Below, piece by piece: positions 28,227-36,763 of a stretch of DNA of 36,763 nucleotides. Both the position numbers and the translations under genes were made by a program. This DNA is from Mesotaenium endlicherianum (taxonomy: Eukaryota). The stretch's first letter is position 1. Every line of letters starts with the position of its first letter. The DNA is taken from NCBI GenBank assembly GCA_009602735.1, contig WELA01002985.1, positions 401,927 to 438,689 on the forward strand. The letters are read 5' to 3'. The notes under the pieces were generated by a model, which ran no database searches, had not been told where the DNA came from, and saw only the letters and a program-made list of their open reading frames with translations.

Positions 28227-30282
28227 AGCAGGCTCAGTTTCATCGTGCATCGCCATAGCGTTATGTCGAAACAGATCAGTGTGTGCGCTGGTCATGTGCA
28301 ACGTACTTCGTAGCTACTAGCCAATCCACCGCGAGGCATCAGCGCGCTTGCATATTGTGTTCATTGTTTATTGCGTTTGTGTGTGGTTTAATGGCAGGGC
28401 CAGCCGGGCCTGTATCGTTTGTGTTACTTGATTTATTGACTTGATTTATTTACTCTTTTGCTCAATTCCATAGGCTTGGCTTGCCCACGTGTCAGCATTC
28501 ATGCAATGCCACCCCGTAATTGGCGCTATGCAAATGACAGGTGGCAGCATCAACAGTGTAGGTCATTCCACGTCGCTAGCTTCACTGACTTCGTTCTATG
28601 GGTAGAGTGGTATCGAATGATAGGAAGTCAGTGCCTGCTAGCTTCGTCGACTAATATATACAATAGTATTTACCACACTATCCTGCCCCATCCAGGCAGC
28701 GGCAATTGTACATACCACTATTTGATTGCAAGTAAAATGAATCGTTTTGTTTTCATGATCTTGATTATTGAATAATTATCTAGGTCCTACTACTTTTGCA
28801 CCTTGGGACCTCTTTCAACCCTCCTGCTCTGCTGGTGACAATGTTCACTAAATGATAAATGAACAGCCAAACTACATGCTGCTGTGTCCTTTAACTGGTT
28901 AAACATGGTCCCTTACAGGTTAAATACTCGTGCAAAAAGCAAACTTAGGAAGTGCAGAATGCTTTGCAGCTAGCTGCTGGTTTATGTAGTGTTGCGGTCC
29001 TGTATGTCTAGCATGCCTTCCCTTCCACCTGGCCAGAAGGCACAAAGGGAGGCCCCAAGGCCCAAAAATTGCCTGTGGACCCACATCATCAGTAGGCCCC
29101 TTTGCAAAAATACGCATTGAGCAGTCATATGGTTAGTACTTTATAAAGTTGAAGTCAGTAACTTGGCCAGTTCCTTCCTACACACAAACACAAAATCTGT
29201 ACACTACCTCCAAAAGGCATCTATCAAAAATGTAACAAAGTAGCTGTTCAAAGTTCCGCAGTCAGACTCCACTGCGTCTCCTCTCCTCTTCCACCGCTTG
29301 GCCCAGGTCCTCTCGCACCCACTGCCGCCAGCAGCTGCTACCGTTGGCCATAGAGCTTGTGATGCGGTCAGTCAAGCCTCTGAGACCCCTTGCAGCTTTA
29401 GCCTCCCCGCTTGCTCCTGCTGCATCTGTGGACGCTGCGACCAGCCTGGACAGGGCTTTCCTTTCAACGCCTACCCTATCCTACTCAGCCGCCTCCTCCG
29501 TGGCCGGCTTTGCCCCCCCCTTTCCGCCCATCAGCCCCTCCCAACACATGGCCTCCCCCTCCATCTGCAGTGTAAGCGCTTGCCTGCAAACCCTCCTGAA
29601 CCTCCTCCTCTCACACGGCTAACTTCTATGCACAAGCGCAAGCCCTCGTTGTCATGCCAGGACCTCTATTCACAGCGCCACCCGAACTTCCTCAGCAGAG
29701 AACGAGCTCTAGCGAGTTGGTACGCAGTGACCGGGGTGCCCGGGAGTACCAGTGTGCCCCCGGGCCCCCGAGCAAAGCGAGTGGGCTGGCATGTGCATGC
29801 ATGTACAGACCTGCCCTCGTCTTCTTTGGCCACGCCTCACTTGGGACGCAGAGGAAGTTCAGGTGCGGAGTGGAGACCCCACCGTGCGTGTGGTTTGCAG
29901 CCATCCTCCCTACGAGCTGCCCCGCTCAGTCGATGATGCTGTCCAGTGTCATCAACCGCCCGCTGCATTTGCTGCCTGGCGTGAGGCGTGAGCGTCATCC
30001 TTGATGCTGCCACTTGGCACCACCTGCATCTGCCGCCTGATGCGGAGCTTGGGCTCTTGCTCCGCGCACTGCGGTTGGAAGGGGAGGAAGACAGAGTCAA
30101 AGCGGAGGTCTCTATGGGCCATGGGGACGGCGCGTCGGGATTGAGCAGCTTGCCACTCGCAGGGGGCCAGAAGGGCATCTTGAAGAGCGGGAAGGAGATG
30201 CTGCCCTCCTTCCTGGCGACGCGCAAGTTGGCGCGCTGCTGGAGCACCGGCCACGCCCGGCGCAGCGCAGCTTTCTCGAGTC

Positions 30283-31272
30283 TCAATGCGACACTGAGTC
30301 AAGGGCAAAGCAGCCGCTCGTAGGCCAGTGTGCGTTACAACAGTAGAGCCCTGTGGGCTCTTTCATGTCCAAAGAGTGTCTGAGCCCTCCCTTGGTGCGA
30401 CAGGTGCAACATGCTGACTCTTCCACCCGTCCCGCACCCCGACCCTCCACAACCACTGCAGGGTTGATGCACATGATTATTGACTGCAATCAAGACCCTG
30501 TCTAAGGTACTGACACAAAAATCCACTCGCACGCATGCAAACAAATACATACACGCGTATGCACGCGCACATGCTCCCGCTGGGGCGCAAGTGAAGGTGA
30601 ATCCGGGTCTAGCCCTCCACCCAATACAGTAGCAGAAGGTCCCCTGACCTGCTTGGCCACGGAGGCAGCAAAGGGCCATCGGGTGGCTGCAGCTAAGCCC
30701 TCGCAGGTTTCCACAGCCACCTGCGTCATCCTCAAGCTGTGTAGCGAGGCACGCGCTTGCGAGATAGAGAAGTTCTTGCAACACCTGCACGCTCACCTGT
30801 CCCGCAGGGTATGACACCCGGGCGCCGGGGGGCCTCCTCAGAGCGCTTCCTCCCCAGCTTGCAAGCACCCATCCAGCTTCACGAGCACCTCCCCCCTTCT
30901 TCCCAGAAGTGAAGCTCATAGTGCCCCTGTAGCAGCCGGCACACTGGCTCACTTTCAGAGCCCTTGCGAGGGGGGCGGTGCAAGAAGGGCCCCCCCCCTG
31001 CAGGCAGAAAAGCTTTTCGCTCGGCGGCTGCGCATCCGCTGCTGCAAATACCGCCCTGCAGGCGGCTGTGTCCGCCGGCTTCACGCTCTCCTTTTGAGGG
31101 CTCGGTCACGTGCCGCATTCAGAGCAGTGACACCTGACCACGATGATTGCGATCTCAGCTCAGAGAGCTCCGGGCTCACTGCTGGCACGCTTGCTCCGTC
31201 AGCTGATAAGGGAACACATAGGAGCAACAACAGCAGGAGCAGCAGCAGCAGCGCCTTGCAGCCACCTGCCAT
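30283..31272 (-). CDS. Predicted secreted cysteine-rich protein of unknown function (~206 aa)
   Basis: Exon model 31180-31272, 30797-31090, 30571-30736 and 30283-30350 has GT-AG boundaries, consistent phases, 621 nt and a TGA stop. It has a strong signal peptide (MAGGCKALLLLLLLLLLLCVPLSA) and Cys clusters (CAGC, LCC, FCYC, YCC). No family was recognised, and alternative splice choices exist. Confidence 0.5.
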
Positions 31273-32037
31273 ACCTACCTCCCTCCATGCACTCCACTGC
31301 TGCACCTGCACTTGCAATCATATGTGCACCCATATCTGTGCCCATACTTGTGCCCGTACCCCGACCTGCAGCCATACGTGTCCCAGACCTGTACCTGCAG
31401 GACCTGCTCTATGAGAGGTCTTTTCTGGTAAGCCTCCGTTCCCAGGCGGCAGACACGTGCAGCGTCAACTGTCACAATTTAGCACAAGACATATGCAATC
31501 GGTGCCGTGGAGAACCTTCAAGCTCCCCCCCTCCCTTCTTCCTCCCTCCCCCTCGATAGGCTGGGGCTGTCACAGGACCTTCCATGTGTCGGTGCTTGAT
31601 GGGACAGGCAGCAGAGTGAGCCAGCCCAGCAGGGACACCTGGCATCGACACTCGGGCTTAAGGGTAGTGAGATGGGGCTAGAGACCGTGAGAGCTATAGC
31701 TTTCTGAGGCTGCAATCATTCGAGACCAAAACGTCGTAAGAGTTGCAGTTTCCAGAGTAAAATGTTTATTTTCTCAAAACAATTGCAACCCACGCGCCAT
31801 AAAAATGGTCATGAATTGTCATCAAGCAAGAGCTGCAAGGTATTGACTAAAGAGTGCAAGTCAAGATGCAACATCCAAGTGTGAAAGAGAGGATGAGAAT
31901 GAATTAGCTAGATTGATTTTGTACCATTGATAGTATGTCGATTTACTTCGTTGAACTATTGCATTTCACCTCATATACAAGAGAAGCAAAAGAATAGGCT
32001 AGCTATAAACTCGTTAGTTGGACTATTTCATCAATGA

Positions 32038-32235
32038 TCACTCACCACGTACCTTTTCCAAGTCAATGGAATTGTGAAAAAAAATATGATCTATTGTCGG
32101 TTCCCGGGTAGCTTCTTTTTTGCACTCATAACAAAAGGTGGAACAAATGGCCACGCGATGCTTGAAACCATGCACAATTTCCTTCTTGCTACAAATACCA
32201 CCCTTGTTATTGGTGGCTAGCACGCGCCAAAATGC
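32038..32235 (-). mobile_element. Possible degenerate non-LTR retrotransposon (LINE) zf-RVT fragment
   Basis: The minus frame reads AFWRVLATN...FCYECKKEATREPTIDHIFFHNS, which resembles the zf-RVT pattern F.W.....C..C....E.T.DHLFF.C with the last Cys lost. It lies in AT-rich intergenic DNA, and no RT domain was seen. Confidence 0.3.
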
Positions 32236-32539
32236 TCACTAAACAAGTCATATGCACATACCATTTTGCATCTATGACAATTTTCAATACGGAAAATATG
32301 TAAAATCAGGCTCTACGAAAGAAAGTCATAGTTGTACTGCAGGGCAGGGCAGCAAGGACTCGAGAAGAGCTTTTACAACAACTTACCATGAATTACATCA
32401 ATTGCAATCAGATTTTGACACTGAATGCTTGCTTGCCTGTGTATATCCGTTCACTTGCGAGCAAGCAAAGAGACGACAAAACAGGCACAACTATAAATTT
32501 GACAGGACGTCCAGGCCCAGACATTTAAGATAGTGACCT

Positions 32540-35500
32540 TCAAGCCTGAGGCAATGTACCGCAGTCATACGTGGTGTGGTCCAGAAAGTGAGAGATAGGG
32601 AAAAGCTTGGGTATTGCCAAGTTGTCCCGCAAGGCGCACACCGGCCAATAGGGAAGCTGGAGAAGCGCACCCATGGCATACGCCCTAACAGTGATAATGT
32701 TGCACCGCTTCAGCCTCTCCCGCTCGTACCTCTCCAAGGCCCCCGCGACCTCCAAGCTCCTTATCACCCTCGCCCTTCTACCCCCCGCATGGGCTTCGTC
32801 TCTGTTCTCTGCTATAGCCCCACTCCCACTCCCTACCGTCGCCAGATCGCAAACAAGCGCGAGCTCTCTGGCGAGCACGACCGCGTCCTCTAGCGCCGTG
32901 CACGCGCCCTGGCCCAAGTTGGGAGTCATCGGATGCGCCGCATCTCCGGCCAGCGTCGCGCCGCCTCGGCCCCACCGGAAGTCGGGGGCGAACGAGTTCC
33001 AGCGGTCGTGAATCTCTGAGCGCGAGATCTCCCCCGCGGGCGTGTCTGCGATTGCTTGCTCGACGCCAAAGGCCCAGCCCTGGACCAGCGCGAGAGCGCT
33101 TGCCTTGCGCACCTCGGGGTCCGTCTCCCTTATGCCTGCGCTCCATCGAATTGGGTCATATCACAGGGACATTCACTAATCCATCAGAAGTGTAAGAGGT
33201 GGGTCGTACATAGGCAGGTGTGATGAGGGATTGTGAAAAGCAGAAGCAGTCCTTTCCCTTTTACAACTCAAGTGGAGCAAGGTTAAGCAAGAGACTCCAA
33301 GCAGGGAGCCAGCCGGAGCCTTTGAGGGTAAGCAAGAGGTTCCCAAGCAGGGAGCCAGCCAGAGGCTTTGAAGCAGACGATACAAGAAGAGCGCGCGACC
33401 AATCTCCACACAAGCGTTCCGCTGCCTGCCACACCAGTTCCATGTGTACAAGGCCAGCGGGACCTGTTTGCTCAATTGGCGCTCCCATGCTCCCGGTTGA
33501 CATACGCACACACAACCACTGCGCTGCGCAGAGGACAGCCAAGGAGCACCCACAAAAGACCGCAACAAACTCTTTCTTCGCGGCAGATCTATTCAAGCAA
33601 CAGGTGATGCCAATCCTCACTAGAGGAAGAACCATTCTGACAAGGCGTACAGATGACCACAAACTGCTTAATAAGCAAGCGCCCTGCAGGGAGTCCCCGG
33701 CTCTGAGCCTTGAGCGAGCGTCTTGACGTATGCGGGTGCAGCTGAAGCACCCATAGCCCCCCCCGCTGCCCCCCTGCCCTTGGGGCCCACCCCCCTCTAG
33801 CCAGGACCCAAAGCGGCATATGCACTGAAAGGGACACTGAAAGGTGGCATTTGGAGGCAACAGCAACAGCGCTGAGGGCTGACGGGTGACTGGTGAGTGG
33901 TGGTGGCTGGCGACGGCGCGGGGGTGACTGGTGCCCATGCTGGAGAAGTTGGCCAACAGTGAATGGGGCAGCAACCCCGCCTACCAGGCGTACAAGCGCG
34001 GTACTTCTGTGCTGATCCCGATGCCCAGGAAATTGCACGCCTCCTGAGAGAGAGCCTACTCGTCGGCGCCTCTCTCCCCTCCCTCTCTCCCTCCCACTTC
34101 CTCTCCCTCTCTCTCATCTTCATTCTCCTCTTCGCCCCTCGCCGCTCTCCCTCTCGCGCCCTCTCGCTGCCTTCCTCTCCCTTCCCTTCCCTCTCTCTCC
34201 CCCCCTCTCTCTCTTGCTCTCTTCCCCGGCCCCGCCTCCTCTTTCCATTTCCCTCTCCCTCTCCCTCTCCCTCCTTTCGAAGACTAATCCCAGGGGACCC
34301 CTAAACGTGTACAAGCTCTCTCTTTCTCCGTCCCTCCCTTCCTCCCTTCCTTCCTCCCTCCCTCTCTCTCCCATTCTCACGACACCCATACCAAGGGAAA
34401 CCCCCCCCNNNNNNNNNNNNNNNNNNNNNNNNNNNNNNNNNNNNNNNNNNNNNNNNNNNNNNNNNNNNNNNNNNNNNNNNNNNNNNNNNNNNNNNNNNNN
34501 NNNNNNNNNNNNNNNNNNNNNNNNNNNNNNNNNNNNNNNNNNNNNNNNNNNNNNNNNNNNCCCCCCCTCCCCCCGGGGCAATCCATGCAAACACGCACGC
34601 GTACACACATGCACGTGCGCTGCACGGATGCACACGTGGCGCTAGCAGAGAGCCGGCCGGGCGCTGACCTGGCGGCGAGTTGGAGCAGGTGAACCAGTAC
34701 AGCTGCGTGGGGCTCAGCGGGTACAGGCCCGCCCTCACACCCCTCCCCAGCACCTGCCTGATGGCGTTCTCCACGCCGTGCCCCTGGGGGACATTCGCCA
34801 CCCCTCTGTAGGCTGCATAGCCTGCGTACTTGACAGGTGGCAAACCGAGAGCTGCGCGGACCTGGGAGCGGGCTCCGTCGCAGCCGACGAGGACCTGCCC
34901 CGTGGAGGACGGATGGGGGGCATGGCGCGCAGCACAACTCATGGATTCAAACTCAGACGGGCGTATGCATTACGAGAAATACGTGGAGTGAGCATGAATG
35001 TGCAGAGTCGTATGCTTTGTGTGTGGTAGTGACATATAATCATCTTATGACTCAAACCATCTGTATGTCATATATATGGTTCTAATAATTCATCGTGTTT
35101 AGTTAACACGCGCAAACGCATAAATGAATGAACAGGAATTTGTAACAAAGATGTACGGACACACAGACAGGTAGAATGTGCCCCATGTATGCTCTGTGGA
35201 GCTTTAGGCATTTCGAGTGGGAGTCTCAGAGCTGCCAGTGCGCGTGCGCACCCCCCCTCCCAGAACCAAGTGTGGCCATTGGAAAAATAGTTACAGGTTT
35301 TTGACACACACAGACACACACACAGATATACACACAATACATGTACATGTATGTATCTGTGAGCCTGTGTGTCTGCGCGGTGATTGGAATTACTGTCATA
35401 CTAAAACATATGTCAACATCAGGGGCACACTATGAAAGCTGTCCCAGGACGCGTTCGCACTCACCTTGGCGGAAAAAGTCTGGCCGTTTTGCAGGGTTAC

Positions 35501-36250
35501 CGTCGATCTCCCCTCTGGACCATTGCCAAGTGTCACGTCTCTGATACTCGCGGCATACTGGACGGTGCCATCTGGCAGCGCCTCAGCCAGGGCAGAGAGC
35601 AGCGTGGTCCTGGCCACGCCCCTCACTTCATGAGGCCTGCTCACTCATCACAGGGCGCCACATGGCGCGATTTTTGTTACTACGATCTGCAGGCACATGC
35701 CGCGTGCTGCAGCTAGAAAAGCGTCTGCCGATAGGTTGCTTCAAGCAGGACGCGCCGCATGCAAGCACGTACGCACTCCCATTGTTCCTTTGTGCATATT
35801 TGAAAGGAAGTCGTATTATAAGGCCAAATAGATGCAGACCAGGACACCCCGGATTCTCTCCTCTCACAGCTGAGGGGCATAAAGGAAGCACAGCGGATTC
35901 CCCACGTGTGCGCACACGCACACACACGCACACACACACGCATACAGCCAGGATGCAATCTGCAGGAATATTGCATGAAGGAGTGCATCCGTTTTCTTCA
36001 CACTTGCGAACAAGACAAATACAAGAACAAAGAGTAATGAGAACACGAGCCACCTTGTTGGTAACACCTTGTTGGGAATAGCTATGTGCTGAGCATGCTG
36101 TGACATACCCGAGTGCACATTTACCTTTTTTTCTTTCAATTCCACATCAGGAAAACGAGCGAGAGAAGCAGAGACGCTTACCCACCATCGCAGTCCTTGT
36201 CGAAGTCAAATGCCCGGAGCACCCGCCCGTCGCTGCTGCACAGCTCCACG
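32540..36250 (-). CDS. FAD-dependent monooxygenase (FAD_binding_3 family, plant monooxygenase/zeaxanthin-epoxidase-related); 5' exons lie beyond the right edge
   Basis: Phase-consistent exons: 36182-36250 (VELCSSDGRVLRAFDF), 35465-35636 (PHEVRGVARTTLLSALAEALP), 34669-34894 (VLVGCDGARSQVR, the DG motif; YAGYAAYRG; GRGVRAGLYP) and 32540-33135 (GDAAHPMTPNLGQGACTALEDAVVL, the GD motif; ends HTTYDCGTLPQA*). The N-terminal GxGxxG exon is not in the window. Confidence 0.92.
33280..33370. repeat. Two-copy ~46-bp tandem repeat in a monooxygenase intron
   Basis: aggttaagcaagagactccaagcagggagccagccggagcctttg / agggtaagcaagaggttcccaagcagggagccagccagaggctttg. Confidence 0.8.
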
Positions 36251-36763
36251 CTGCATCACCTCACGCGCACACGCACACACACGCACACATGCACACACCC
36301 ACAAACAAAAAAACACACACACACAAACGCAGGCACACACACACACACACACACGTCATACCGCAGGGGCAAGCTCTTGCCTTTAAACGCTCAGCCCTCT
36401 ACCCTCAACCGCCAACCCCAGCATGTTTGGAACCTAACTCCCAGATCGCCAAACCGAAGCTGCGAGTGGGAAAGGAGCGGGGGTGCATGCACAACTCACA
36501 GCCAAGTGGCGACGAAGAAACAACGACATCAGCTCATGACTGATGCCCCTCTAATTTCTGGGCAAGGGGGGAAGGGGGGGCCGGGAGGGAAGGGAGGGGG
36601 GGACAAACGCAGAGAATTTCAGGGCTGAGAGGGGAGAGGGGATCACTCAGCCAGCGAGGAAATAGCGGGACCGCCCGCAAGCTCTCTAAGCTGTGGGCCG
36701 CTGCCTGCTGCTGACCACTGCTTGCTTTTCTTCATCAGAGACCCCCCCTTCCCCCCCCCCTTC

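Noticed and set aside
29260..30350. Stop-codon reassignment or selenocysteine to explain in-frame stops on the minus strand
   Set aside because: Well-supported genes here contain no in-frame stops and terminate at TAA/TGA. All three stop types occur in this stretch, and no SECIS was seen.

Overview
Eukaryotic, intron-rich, microsatellite-rich draft genomic DNA with 8 multi-base N-gaps and 3 single Ns. Gene content and intron style suggest a green alga or streptophyte alga (inference only). Manual splicing gives five genes. (1) A minus-strand MT-A70-family METTL4-like methyltransferase, with its 3' end not found in the window and its DPPW exon not visible. (2) A plus-strand, probably plastid-targeted P-class PPR protein, head-to-head with gene 1 and 676 bp away. 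Its C-terminus resembles Arabidopsis BFA2/At4g30825. One exon is duplicated in an identical-looking 1178-bp tandem copy that is probably an assembly artefact. (3) A complete, phase-consistent 10-exon gene for a 566-aa secreted protein: signal peptide, GGAI/FxxN beta-helix repeats, EGF/laminin-EGF-like region and PAN/apple-like region. (4) A predicted minus-strand 206-aa secreted Cys-rich orphan protein. (5) The 3' part of a minus-strand FAD-dependent monooxygenase. Other signals: many introns carry the pyrimidine tract after the donor and G-rich or purine-rich acceptors, a CTTAGGG telomere-like array, a 22-bp perfect palindrome, an unresolved coding-like island and a possible LINE zinc-finger relic. 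No tRNA, rRNA or CRISPR array was seen. Family assignments come from recalled motifs, not from database searches.
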